64,000 bases of DNA from Eledone cirrhosa (GCA_964016885.1 OZ024764.1:12896001-12960000), one strand, 5' to 3'. Positions 43,043 through 57,415 are shown, counted from the first letter of the stretch. Notes: a model not told the origin generated them from the sequence alone. Translations and numbers: made by a program.

Positions 43043-43284
43043 TATGTGTATATATATATCATCATCGATGATGATGATATATATGTATATATATGCATAT
43101 ATATATGATTATATGTGTGTGTGTATATATGCATATATATATGTGTGTGTGCATATATACATACATATGTATAAATATATAGATAGATATATATGTATGT
43201 GTGAGATATCGATATACATATGTGATATCCTTTGTGGTATAACTGTACATTCACTTTTATTATCCCCAAAATAACTTACTGCTA

Positions 43285-43327
<43 letters not shown>

Positions 43328-43493
43328 GTGTGTGTCTGTTGTGCATGTGTGTGTATATATATATATATATATATTTTCATACATATATATATATATATAC
43401 ATATATATATACACACATATACATGTGTATATATATATATATATATGTGTTTGCCTGTATGTGTGTCTGTGTGTATATATATATATGTGTGTG

Positions 43494-43554
<61 letters not shown>

Positions 43555-43695
43555 ATCTGTATATATATATATATATGAGTGTGTAGATATATATGTGTGT
43601 GTGTTTATTTATATATGTATATATATGCGATGGTGTGTATATATACATATATGTGTGTATATATATATGTGTGTGTGTGTGTATAAATATATATA

Positions 43696-43726
<31 letters not shown>

Positions 43727-43905
43727 GTGCATGTGTATATATATATATGTATATGTGTGTGTGTATATATATATATATATGTGTATGTGTATGTATATAT
43801 ATATGTGTGTGTGTGTATATATGAGTGTATACATATAGATATGTATATATATATGTGTGTGTGTATATATGTGTGTGTATATATATACAAGTGTGTGTAT
43901 GTATA

Positions 43906-44024
<119 letters not shown>

Positions 44025-44224
44025 ATGAAGTTCTGTTTGTTTAGCCCTGGAGATTTCCATTCACAATCTAGAAAAGAAATCTTTACATTTCACACCCACA
44101 AACGATATATATATCATCATCATCATCACCACTACCATGTATGTGTGTATATATACACACACACGCATATATATATATGTGTGTGTCATGCATACACACA
44201 CACACATACTTATATATCTATATA

Positions 44225-44310
44225 TATTGGGTCGTCAAATATGAAATTTGTAGTGAGCCATATAGTCATATGGTTTTTCTCTACAAATTTCATACTTGAC
44301 GACGCAAAAT
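44225..44310. mobile_element. ~85-bp mariner-type MITE (second decayed copy 37611-37690)
   Basis: tattgggtcgtcaaatatgaaatttgtag / ctacaaatttcatacttgacgacgcaa inverted termini in TA context. Confidence 0.7.
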
Positions 44311-44368
44311 ATACACACACACACATATATATATATATATAATATATATATGTGTAAGTGCATATATA

Positions 44369-44468
44369 CAGGTGTCCCCCCAAAAATGTATACACACTAT
44401 GATTACCTGTACAGGTAATATTTATTAGAATGCTGTTGAAGTGTGTTACATTTTTGGGGAACACTTTG
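44369..44468. mobile_element. ~100-bp Tc1/mariner-type MITE
   Basis: TA|caggtgtccccccaaaaatgtatacacact ... agtgtgttacatttttggggaacactttg|TA. Confidence 0.7.
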
Positions 44469-44481
44469 TATATATACATAT

Positions 44482-44748
44482 ATACATACAAGAAGCAAAG
44501 AAAATTACAATGATACGAAAGATTTTCTGTTGGAAGTTCGGGTGTACTTCGGGTTGATATCCAGTTTCGGGGTGAAAATCCAATTAAAAAATTATATATA
44601 TAGATATATATATATCTATATATATAATTCGTTGGATTTTCTAATTGGATTTTCACCCCGAAACTGGATATGAACCCGAAGTACACCCGAACTTCCAACA
44701 GAAAATCTTTTGTATCATTGAAATTTTCTTTGCTTCTTGTATGTATAT
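44482..44748. repeat. Fold-back inverted repeat (~105-bp arms) in (TA)n, family unknown
   Basis: 44482-44587 is the reverse complement of 44642-44748; no complete HHR core visible. Confidence 0.8.
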
Positions 44749-44887
44749 ATATATATATATATATACAAAGTATATATATATATACAAAGTGTATATATAT
44801 ATATATATACAAAGTATATATATATATATATATACAAAGTATATATATACAAAGTATATATATATATATAAAGTATATATATACAAA

Positions 44888-44930
<43 letters not shown>

Positions 44931-44932
44931 TA

Positions 44933-45130
44933 TGTAGGAGGTGAGTTTTATTGTAGTACAATAAAGCAATGCAGATATCAGATAAGAAGCACTCTACAGT
45001 ATGTGGGACTGGAGTATACATAATATATAAGAACAAAAGATGGTTAAAGGAGTTCCATGTATTTTATTATGCGCATAATAAAATACATGGAACTCCTTTA
45101 ACCATCTTTTGTTCTTATATATTATATACA
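44933..45130. mobile_element. Truncated fold-back copy of HHR family E element
   Basis: Same sequence as 35449-35590; folds back exactly on ttttattat-GCGC-ataataaaa. Confidence 0.8.
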
Positions 45131-45132
45131 TA

Positions 45133-45883
45133 CAGACTAGAGAGGAACGAAGCTTGCATGCTCCGCTGGATGTGTAACAGTAATATACGTGAACGGCAAA
45201 GCATAAACGAACTAAGGAAAAAATTAGAAATAAGAAGGATCAGATGTTGTTTACTCGAGAGAAGGCTACGTTGGTATGGACACGTGATGCGCATGAAAGT
45301 CGATAGCTGTATAACAAAGTGCAGGGCAATAAAGATAGACGGTAGCCACGGAATAGGCAGACCTAGAAAAACCTGGGACGAGCTGATAAACTCCGACCTC
45401 ACACACTTACACCTCTCCAAGACAATGTCACTGGACCGAGACCTTTGGCGGTACTCAGTAACAGAGAAGACCCGCCTTACCTAAATACATAGTAAAACCT
45501 ACTACAGCCAGTAGGCATCTCTAACAAAATACACCCCGTCCCACCCCCACCACCCCCACCCCATCCACACCACCCCGTTCTACGTAAAGTTATGTTGGTG
45601 CCGCGACATCCAGGCCGAAACAAATGAGATCGTGTAGGTGTCACGACAAAAAAACACACAGTCCACGCTGTAATGTGGCCGTGTAGGCAACACGGTAAAA
45701 ACCTCCCAGACCCACACTGTAAATGTGGTTGGTGTTAGGAAGGGCATCCAACTGTAGAAAACCTGCCAGACAGTCCTATGCGAGCAAGACAATCACTCTT
45801 GCCTCAAGTGGGACTACCCCCGTCCAAACCCATGCAAGCGTGGAACAAGGACGTTAAACGTTGATGATGATGATGATGATGAT
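45133..45883 (+). mobile_element. RTE-clade LINE 3' end
   Basis: [32 protein letters not shown]; same 3'UTR as 39740-40134; (GAT)n tail. Confidence 0.9.
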
Positions 45884-46419
45884 ATATATAAACGGAAAAA
45901 ATGAAACAAAATTTCATTTCCCACTCTGGGAACTATATATATAGTTATTTCAAGCGTTAAACTAATATATATCTTCAACTTAATGGGTTGTTTCTTTTGC
46001 TACATATGTTTACTTTTTACACACAGATAAACATACACACACACAAACATACACGCACACACTCACACATGCACGCACGCACTCACACATACACGCACAT
46101 ACTCACATATGCACACACACATATATACAGACAGAGAGAGAGAGAGAGAGAGAGAGCTAGCTACGTAGGTAGATAAATATACACTCTGTAAAGCGGTAGG
46201 TGTTAAGAAGGGCCTCTAACCATGGAAGCTATGCCAAAAAAAGGGTTGAGAGGACCCACAAATCCTGTCAATGATAAGACAACTTCTCTAGTGTTGGTGT
46301 GTGTGTGTGGCCTAGTGGTAAGCGTGTTGGAGTTACTATCATAATGTCGTGGGTTCGATTCCTGGGTTGTGTGTTGTGTTCTTGAGCAAAACACTTCATT
46401 TCAGGTTGCTCCAGTATAT

Positions 46420-47710
46420 CATCATCATCATCGTCATCATCATTTTACGTCCACTTTTCCCTGCTTGCAAGGGTGGGACGGGTCCTATTCAGCACAGCAT
46501 CTCTCCACTTCTCACCGTCCTTCGTCATCTCCTCCGTGAGTTTCAGCGATCTGAGGTCAGCTCTCACCACCTCCGCCCATGTTTTTCGTGGTCTTCCTCT
46601 ACTGCGTCTTCCTTCTACTGGGATTTCTTGGCACTTCTTTACCCAGCGGTCATCCTCAATGCGCATCACATGTCCATACCATCTCAGTCTTCTCTCCCGC
46701 ACACCACAACTTTTCCCTCTCAGACACAGTTTCTCTCTCACCACCTTCGCCCATATTTTTCGTGGTCTACCTCTACTGCGTCTTCCTTCTACTGGGATTT
46801 CTTGGCACTTCTTTACCCAGCAGTCATCCTCCATGTACATCACATGTCCATACCATCTCAGTCTTCTCCCCCGCACACCACAACCACACCACAACTTTTC
46901 CCTCTCAGACACAGTTTCTCTCTCACCACCTTCGCCCATATTTTTCGTGGTCTACCTCTACTGCGTCTTCCTTCTACTGGGATTTCTTGGCACTTCTTTA
47001 CCCAGCAGTCATCCTCCATGTACATCACATGTCCATACCATCTCAGTCTTCTCCCCCGCACACCACAACCACACCACAACTTTTCCCTCTCAGACACAGT
47101 TTCTCTCTCACCACCTTCGCCCATATTTTTCGTGGTCTACCTCTACTGCGTCTTCCTTCTACTGGGATTTCTTGGCACTTCTTTACCCAGCAGTCATCCT
47201 CCATGTACATCACATGTCCATACCATCTCAGTCTTCTCCCCCGCACACCACAACCACACCACAACTTTTCCCTCTCAGACACAGTTTCTCTCTCACCACC
47301 TTCGCCCATATTTTTCGTGGTCTACCTCTACTGCGTCTTCCTTCTACTGGGATTTCTTGGCACTTCTTTACCCAGCAGTCATCCTCCATGTACATCACAT
47401 GTCCATACCATCTCAGTCTTCTCTCCCGCACACCACAACTTTTCCATCTCAGCCACAGTTTCTCTCTCACCACCTTCGCCCATATTTTTTGTGGTCTACC
47501 TCTACTGCGTCTTCCTTCTACTGGGATTTCTTAGCATTTCTTTACCCAGCAGTCATCCTCCATGTACATCACATCTCCATACCAACGCAGTCTCCTCTCC
47601 CGCACACAACAGTTTCTCTCTCAACACATCCATGCTCGGCCGTTCACTCACATTGACATTACACATCCAACGGAGTATGCTTGCCTCATTTCTCTCCAGC
47701 CGTCGCATAT
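46420..47710 (-). mobile_element. Second RTE family 3' end with internal ~174-185-bp tandem amplification
   Basis: [18 protein letters not shown] unit repeated ~6x (ORF track offsets of 185 bp); tail ..gcagggaaaagtggacgtaaaatgatg. Confidence 0.88.
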
Positions 47711-47738
47711 ACTTAGCTGAAAAATGAGTAACAGCAAT

Positions 47739-48436
47739 AGCTGGGGGTTTAAACCCTGCAATGGACTGGGGTCCTATCCAGAGGGAGTCTTGTACTCTCA
47801 GTCTCTTCACGGCATGAAACCAGGATAAGTACCAGTAATAGCTGGAGGTTTAACTCTGCGATGGACTGGTGTCCTGTCCAGGGGGAAGTCTTGTACTCTC
47901 AGTCTCTTCACGGCATGAAACCAGGATAAGTACCAGTAATAGCTGGAGGTTTAACCCTGCAATGGACTGGGGTCCTATCCAGGGGAAGTCTTGTACTCTC
48001 AGTCTCTTCACGGCATGAAACCCGGATAAGTACCAGTAATAGCTGGGGGTTTAACCCTGCGATGGACTGGTGTCCTGGCCAGGGGGAAGTCTTGTACTCT
48101 CAGTCTCTTCACGGCATGAATCCAGGATAAGTACCAGTAATAGCTGAGGTTTTAACTCTGCGATGGACTGGTTTCCTGTCCAGGGGAAGTCTTGTACTCT
48201 CAGTCTCTTCACAGCATGAAACCAGGATAAGTACCAGTAATAGCTGGGGGTTTAACTCTGCGTTGGACTGGTTTCCTGTCTAGGGGAAGTCTTGTACTCT
48301 CAGTCTCTTCACGGCATGAAACCAGGATAAGTACCAGTAATAGCTGGGGGTTTAACTCTGCGTTGGACTGGTTTCCTGTCTAGGGGAGGTTCTTATACTG
48401 TCAGACATTTCACACCATCAAAGCGAGATAAGTACC
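47739..48436 (+). repeat. Seven ~100-bp tandem copies of a V-SINE-domain-like sequence
   Basis: Unit agctgggggtttaaccctgcgatggactggtgtcctgtccaggggg..accaggataagtaccagtaat; cctgcgatggactgg..gtccaggg resembles the V domain (from recall). Confidence 0.7.
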
Positions 48437-48504
48437 AACCACACTTCCTAGCGTGTGGAGTGGGTGCTTTTTGCCATGTCTTTTAGATATTTATATATAT
48501 ATAT

Positions 48505-48762
48505 TTAATATAGAAGTGGCTTCTACAGGACTACAAATGTTTCATTCAGGAGAAATCATCAGGGCTTTCCTGATGATTTTTCCCGAATGATTTTTCCAGA
48601 ATTAAATATATATTATATATTTAGTACCTTACTTACTCTGCTTTGTATTGAGTACCTTACTTACTCTGCTTTGTATTGAGTACCTTACTTACTCTGCTTT
48701 GTATTGAGTACCTTACTTACTCTGCTTCGTATTGAGTACCCCCGATTGAACCCAGGATAAAC
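48505..48762. mobile_element. Decayed A/B-related HHR element with 28-bp tandem repeat in its tail
   Basis: Minus strand CTGATGA-tttctcctgaat-GAAA..ctg-TA-gaagcc (stem I weak); truncated plus copy; agtaccttacttactctgctttgtattg repeated ~3.5x at 48623-48740. Confidence 0.7.
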
Positions 48763-49192
48763 ATATATATATATATACACACATACACACATATACATAA
48801 CTATATCCAGTTATATACATATACACACATATATATATATCGTCATCATCATCATCAGCATTTTACGTCCGCTTTTCCCTGCTTGCAAGGGTGGGACGGG
48901 AACTGATTCTGGCTTGATTTCTACAGCTGGATGCCCTCCCTAACACCAACCTCATTTACAGTGAGTGCGGGGTGCTTTTTTGGCGTGGCACCTCCTTTTT
49001 TCCACGACCACTTGCAGTGGAATGATAGGGACCCCAGTCCCTATCATCTCATTTCTACAGCTGAGTAAACTGCAGCTGAGTAAACTGAGTAAAGTGTCTT
49101 GCTCAAAGAAACAACACATCACCTGGTCTGAGAATTGAACTCACAACCTTTCGATTGCAAGGCCAATGCTCTAACCACTAAGCCATGTGCCT

Positions 49193-49266
<74 letters not shown>

Positions 49267-49322
49267 TGTATATATATATATAAATATATATATATGTGTG
49301 TATATATATATATAAATATATA

Positions 49323-49386
<64 letters not shown>

Positions 49387-49456
49387 CATATACATATATA
49401 GTGAAAAATGGAACGGGAACAAAACAGAGAGGCAGTACGAATATATATGTATATAT

Positions 49457-50852
<1,396 letters not shown>

Positions 50853-51169
50853 CATAGGGACAAAAAGATGCTATCAGATCAATTAGTCTATCCAGATTAA
50901 TCCATCCATTCGTTAACGTTAAGAAATATCCGTAATTAATCAAAGGAGATTAATGAAGAAGAAAAGATGAACTATGTCTGTGTGTCCATGTCCTCCCCCC
51001 CCCCCATACCATTCTGTGTTCTAATTAGCGTGTCCGCCTATTCTATGCCGTGTCCCCTTGATGTCATGTCATGTCATATATATATATATCTATTGTGTAT
51101 ATAGATATATAGACCCATGCTAGCGTGGAAAATGGACGTTAAACGATGATGATGATAATGGTGATGATG

Positions 51170-51209
<40 letters not shown>

Positions 51210-51236
51210 TGTGAGAAGATAGATAGAAATAGACTG

Positions 51237-51295
<59 letters not shown>

Positions 51296-51333
51296 TCATA
51301 TATATCTATATACATACACACACAAACACACTC

Positions 51334-51419
<86 letters not shown>

Positions 51420-51562
51420 TGAGAAGATAGATAGAAATAGACTGCTTATATATATATATATATACACTCATATATATCTATATACATACACACACAAACA
51501 CACACTCATAAATATATATATATAGAGAGAGAGAGAGTGAGAAGATAGATAGAAATAGACTG

Positions 51563-51605
<43 letters not shown>

Positions 51606-51665
51606 TCATATATATCTACACAAACACACACTCATATATATATATATATATATATATATAGATGA

Positions 51666-51716
51666 GATTCTACAGGTTGAGAACTGTTTCATTCTTTAGA
51701 AATCATCAGGATTCTA
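51666..51716 (-). ncRNA. Family B hammerhead motif, solo copy with weakened stem I
   Basis: Minus strand CTGATGA-tttctaaagaat-GAAA-cag[ttctcaac]ctg-TA-gaatct, embedded in (TA)n. Confidence 0.68.
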
Positions 51717-51717
51717 C

Positions 51718-51766
<49 letters not shown>

Positions 51767-51838
51767 ATGTATATGTATATAGAAATACATGTGTATATAT
51801 ATATACATGTATACATACATAACTATATATATATATAT

Positions 51839-52043
51839 AACAAAGGAATTGTGGTAAAGAACCAGATGGACCATAACGCACCAGAGTACTCAATACTTAG
51901 GGTAGTAGAGTGGGTAATAGGAGAAAGTATGACCCCGACGGCAGAGCTCAAGCCGTTTCGACGGCTATTTCTGGACTAAATTTAGTCCAGAAATAGCCGT
52001 CGAAACAGCTTGAGCTCTGCCGTCGGGGTCATACTTTTTCCTC

Positions 52044-52045
<2 letters not shown>
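51839..52045. mobile_element. Short fold-back element family C
   Basis: Head-to-head junction ..tctggactaaa|tttagtccaga.. at 51980/51981; (TA)n flanks. Confidence 0.75.
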
Positions 52046-52077
<32 letters not shown>

Positions 52078-52276
52078 TACATACATCATATAATACATAT
52101 ATATATATATATAAATATATAGTATTGTATTGTTAGGGATGGGGGAGCGAAGGAAAGGAACAATAGATGTATTATTGACACAGGGGACATGAGGTTGGGG
52201 TGGGGGAGGATATTGGAGTAAAAATGGGAGTGAATGGAAGGTAATGAATATATATATATATATATATACACATACA

Positions 52277-52309
<33 letters not shown>

Positions 52310-52312
52310 GTG

Positions 52313-52354
<42 letters not shown>

Positions 52355-52399
52355 CATATATATATATATATACACATATATATATATGTTTGTATATAT

Positions 52400-52433
<34 letters not shown>

Positions 52434-52440
52434 GTATGTG

Positions 52441-52472
<32 letters not shown>

Positions 52473-53361
52473 CACACATACATATATATATATACACTTA
52501 TATATATATATATACACACATACATATATATACACATACACATATATATATATACACATACACATATATATATATATACACACATACATATATATATATA
52601 CAAACATATATATATATGTGTATATATATATATATATGTATGTGTATATATATATATATATATAACCACACATATAAGGGCACATATACACACACATACA
52701 CATACACATGCACACACACACACACACACACATACACACACACACGGACGTAGTTGTGGTGATGGTGGGGGTTAGGGACTGGTGGTGGCGGTGTGGGGCG
52801 GGGGTGTTAATGGGAGTGCAGAGGTGGAGGTGGGGGTTGGGAGTCAGCTGGCCACTGAGGGGCTGGAGTTAGAGAGGTGAGTGGGTGGATGGGTGGAGTT
52901 TTAGGTGTGTGTGGGGGGGAGGGGAGAGCTTTTATAGAGAGAGGGGGGTCGGGATGAGGTCGGGTGATGGATGGAGGGAGAAAGAGAGGGGGGGAGAGGG
53001 AGAGAGAGAGTGGTAGAGAGAGAGGGGGAGAGAGAGAGTGAGAAAATGATTAGAGGAGGGTTGTGTTACTTGTCTCTGACTGGCTTATGTTTCAAATGCA
53101 CCAGCAGCAGCATCATCATCATCATCATCACTACCACCACTACCACCACTACCACCACTACCACCACTACCACCATCATCACTACCACCACCATCACCAC
53201 CACCATTATCACTACCACCATCATCACCACCACCATCATCATCATCACCACCATCACAGCAGCTGAGCAGCATCACCCCCTTCATCATCATCATCAGTAG
53301 CAGCTCTGTAAAGTGGTCATGTAGGTGTCACGAGGAAAAAGTACCCAGTCCACACTGTGAT

Positions 53362-55249
53362 GAAGAAGAAGGCAAATAAGAAGAAGAAGAAGAAGGCAAA
53401 GAAGAAGAAGAAGAAGAAGGCAAAGAAGAAGAAGAAGGCAAAGAAGAAGAAGAAGAAGGCAAAGAAGAAGAAGAAGAAGAAGGCAAAGAAGAAGAAGAAG
53501 GCAAAGAAGAAGAAGAAGAAGGCAAAGAAGAAGAAGAAGAAGAAGGCAAAGAAGAAGAAGAAGGCAAAGAAGAAGAAGAAGAAGGCAAAGAAGAAGAAGA
53601 AGAAGGCAAAGAAGAAGAAGAAGAAGGCAAAGAAGAAGAAGAAGGCAAAGAAGAAGAAGAAGAAGAAGAAGAAGAAGAAGAAGAAGGCAAAGAAGAAGAA
53701 GGCAAAGAAGAAGAAGAAGAAGAGAAGAAGAAGAAGAAAGAGGAGGAGGAGAGGAGGAGGAGGAGGAGGAGGAGGAGGAGAAGAAGGCAAAGGCAAAGAA
53801 GAAGAAGGCAAAGAAGAAGAAGGCAAAGAAGAAGAAGAAGAAGAAGAAGAAAAAGAAAAAGAAGAAGAAGAAGAAGAAGAAGAAGGCGAAGAAGAAGAAG
53901 AAGAAGGCGAAGAAGAAAAAGAAAAAGAAGAAGAAGAAGAAGAAGAAGAAGAAGAAGGCAAAGAAGAAGAAGAAGAAGAAGGCAAAGAAGAAGAAGAAGG
54001 CAAAGAAGAAGAAGAAGAAGGCAAAGAAGAAGAAGAAGAAGGCAAAGAAGAAGAAGAAGAAGGCAAAGAAGAAGAAGAAGAAGAAGGCAAAGAAGAAGAA
54101 GAAGGCAAAGAAGAAGAAGAAGAAGGCAAAGAAGAAGAAGAAGAAGAAGGCAAAGAAGAAGAAGAAGGCAAAGAAGAAGAAGAAGAAGGCAAAGAAGAAG
54201 AAGAAGAAGGCAAAGAAGAAGAAGAAGAAGGCAAAGAAGAAGAAGAAGGCAAAGAAGAAGAAGAAGAAGAAGAAGAAGAAGAAGAAGAAGGCAAAGAAGA
54301 AGAAGGCAAAGAAGAAGAAGAAGAAGAAGAAGAAGAAGAAAGAGGAGGAGGAGAGGAGGAGGAGGAGGAGGAGGAGGAGGAGAAGAAGGCAAAGGCAAAG
54401 AAGAAGAAGGCAAAGAAGAAGAAGGCAAAGAAGAAGAAGAAGAAGAAGAAGAAAAAGAAAAAGAAGAAGAAGAAGAAGAAGAAGAAGGCGAAGAAGAAGA
54501 AGAAGAAGGCGAAGAAGAAAAAGAAAAAGAAGAAGAAGAAGAAGAAGAAGAAGAAGAAGGCAAAGAAGAAGAAGAAGAAGAAGAAGAAGAAGAAGAAAGA
54601 GGAGGAGGAGGAGGAGGCAAAGAAGAAGAAGGCAAAGAAGAAGAAGAAAAAGAAAAAGAAGAATAAGAAGAAGAAGAAGAAGAAGGCAAAGAAGAAGAAG
54701 AAGAAGAAGAAAAAGAAAAAGAAGAAGAAAAAGAAGAAGAAGAAGAAGAAGAAGAAGAAGAAGAAGAAGAAGAAGAAGGCAAAGAAGAAGAAGAAGAAGA
54801 AGAAGAAGAAGAAGAAGAAGAAGAAAAAGAAGAAGAAGAAGAAGGCAAAGAAGAAGAAGAAGAAGAAGAAGAAGAAGAAGAAGAAGAAGAAGGCAAAGAA
54901 GAAGAAGAAGAAGAAGAAGAAGAAGAAAAAGAAAAAGAAGAAGAAAAAGAAGAAGAAGAAGAAGAAGAAGAAGAAGAAGAAGGCAAAGAAGAAGAAGAAG
55001 AAGAAGAAGAAAAAGAAAAAGAAGAAGAAGAAGAAGAAGAAAAAGAAGAAGAAGAAGAAGAAGAAGAAGAAGAAGAAGAAGAAGGCAAAGAAGAAGAAGA
55101 AGAAGAAGAAGAAGAAAAAGAAAAAGAAAAAGAAGAAAAAGAAAAAGAAGAAGAAGAAGAAGAAGAAGAAGAAGAAGAAGAAGGCAAAGAATAAGAATAA
55201 GGCAAAGAAGAAAAAGAAGAAAAAGAAGAAAAAGAAGAAGAAGAAGAAA
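53362..55249. repeat. 1.9-kb (GAA)n/GGCAAA polypurine tract with ~600-bp internal duplication
   Basis: Almost only A/G on the plus strand; (gga)n-gaagaaggcaaaggcaaa landmark at ~53770 and ~54371. Confidence 0.95.
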
Positions 55250-56378
55250 ATTATGATGGAAGGTTTTCAGCTGAATATAAACACTTTAACCCTTTCATTA
55301 CCATATTTCTAATGAAAGACACTGTTGGTGTTTGGAACATAACTTAACAAAGGTTCTTATATGAAATTATGATGAAAGGTTTTATTAGATAAATATAAAC
55401 ACTTTAACCTTTTTGTTACCATATTTCTAATGGAAAACACACCCAAAGATGTTGTAATATAACTAATTGTCTCATTATTAAACTGTAGTAATGCACTGGG
55501 TAATTGCTGGCCCTGTGCCTAAAGTAGAAACAATTATTAAACTATTGTTTGGAACAGAACTTAACAGAGGTTCTTACATACATATTGGAAGGTTTTAGAT
55601 AAATATAAACACTTTAACCTTTTTGTTACCATATTTCTAATGAGCAAAATTGCCAGTGATCTACAAAAGACTGAAAATAATAAACAACTTGAAAAGATTC
55701 CGTAATATAATTATTTCCTCATTATTAAGCTGTTATTTGGAACATAACTTAAGAAAGGTTCTTACATAAAATTATTATGGAGGGTTTTTAAACCTTTAAA
55801 GGTTCTCTATAAATATAGAGGTTCTCAAATAAAATTATTATTTCTACTTTTGGCACAAGGCCAGCAATTATCCCAGTGCATTACTGGTCCCTATCATGTC
55901 ATTTCTACAGCTGAGTAAACTGGAGCAATGTGAAGTAAAGTGTCTTGCTCAAGGAAACAACACATCACCCGGTTTGAGAATTGAACTCACAACTTTTCGA
56001 ATGCAAGGCCAATGCTCTAACCACTAGACCATGTGCCTCCATATATATACAGTCCACACTGTAAAAGTGGTTGGTGTTAGGAAGGGCATTCAGCCATAGA
56101 AAACCTGCCAGAGACACTTCCATACGAGCGAAATATGGAACAAAACCGTCTAATCCATGCTAACATGGAAGATGGATGTTAAGCGATGATGATGATGATG
56201 ATACATACATATTTATATATATATAAATTTTGAGTATATGTTGGTTGTTTGCCAACACCTCAGTACGCAGATTGGAGCACTCGACGAAGTACGCAGGTTG
56301 GTTTGGTTACTCCGGAGTAATGTAAAATAAAGTAATTAAGTCAAATATTTAAAATTTGTCTTCGTTTATTAAAGATGT

Positions 56379-56433
56379 ACTGCTATATATATTTCGGTGA
56401 CAGCCATCATTGGCTGTGACCTCTTCAGGCAGT
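56379..56433 (-). ncRNA. Minimal type I hammerhead ribozyme (family G)
   Basis: Minus strand actgc-CTGAAGA-ggtcacagcca[atga]tggctgtcacc-GAAA-t[atat]a-TA-gcagt. Confidence 0.88.
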
Positions 56434-56708
56434 CCGAATTGGTGTGGTGGAGACAGGTACACATGTTGTTGAAGTGTTTTACTTCGTCAATACTCCGAAT
56501 TTCTATAGACTTTTGACTGAGGAATGTTCTCACAACTGACCAATGGGAGGAGAGAGTGTCCTATGATGCCGAAATTCGTTTGTTCGAATTCATATGATTC
56601 CAGTTCTTCAGAGAAATAACAACCCAACCAGGAGCTGGACATATCGAAGTATTGATGGAGTAAAACACTTTAACAACATGTGTTCCTGTCTCTACCACAC
56701 CAATTCGA

Positions 56709-56763
56709 ACTGCCTGAAGAGGTGACAGCCAATGATGGCTGTCACCGAAATATATATAGCAGT
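56709..56763 (+). ncRNA. Minimal type I hammerhead ribozyme (family G), inverted partner
   Basis: actgc-CTGAAGA-ggtgacagcca[atga]tggctgtcacc-GAAA-t[atat]a-TA-gcagt; perfect 11-bp stem II, palindromic tetraloop III. Confidence 0.92.
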
Positions 56764-56812
56764 ACATCTTTAATAAACGAAGCCAAATTTTAAATATTTG
56801 ACTTAATTACTT

Positions 56813-56849
<37 letters not shown>

Positions 56850-56875
56850 TGTAATAAACAACAGAAGATAATTAT

Positions 56876-56931
56876 TTCATTTACCAGTGGTTTCTTGAAG
56901 ACATGTGTCTGTCTTCAGTCGTCAGAATGAA
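56876..56931 (-). ncRNA. Type I hammerhead ribozyme (family H)
   Basis: Minus strand ttcatt-CTGACGA-c-tgaagaca[gacaca]tgtcttca-a-GAAA-cc[act]gg-TA-aatgaa; the plus partner at 56950-57010 has TTGACGA. Confidence 0.82.
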
Positions 56932-57241
56932 TAAATAACATGTTATTTATTCATTTTGACGACTGAAGACAGACATAACATCTGCCTTCAAGAAACCACT
57001 GGTAAATGAAATAATTATCTTCTGTTGTGTATTACATAACTAATAAGCTCTGTAGCCTACATAGAGCACTCTTTTTTCCTGTACCTTTCCGATGGAAATA
57101 CTTCATTTATATATATATATATGCATATATATATATATATGTGTGTGTGTGTGTATATATATATACATACATATATATATATATTTATTTGTATATATCT
57201 ACATATCTCTCTCTATATATATATATAGACATATTTCTCTC

Positions 57242-57284
<43 letters not shown>

Positions 57285-57415
57285 GCATATATATATATAT
57301 ATATATTTATTTATATATATCTACATATCTCTCTCTCTCTATATATATATATAGACATATTTCTCTCTCTATATATATGTATATATATATATATATATAT
57401 ATGCATATATATATA

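Noticed and set aside
53357-55312. 651-aa Lys/Glu-rich histone-H1/protamine-like ORF
   Set aside because: Pure GAA repeat with a frame switch; not credible as a gene without expression data
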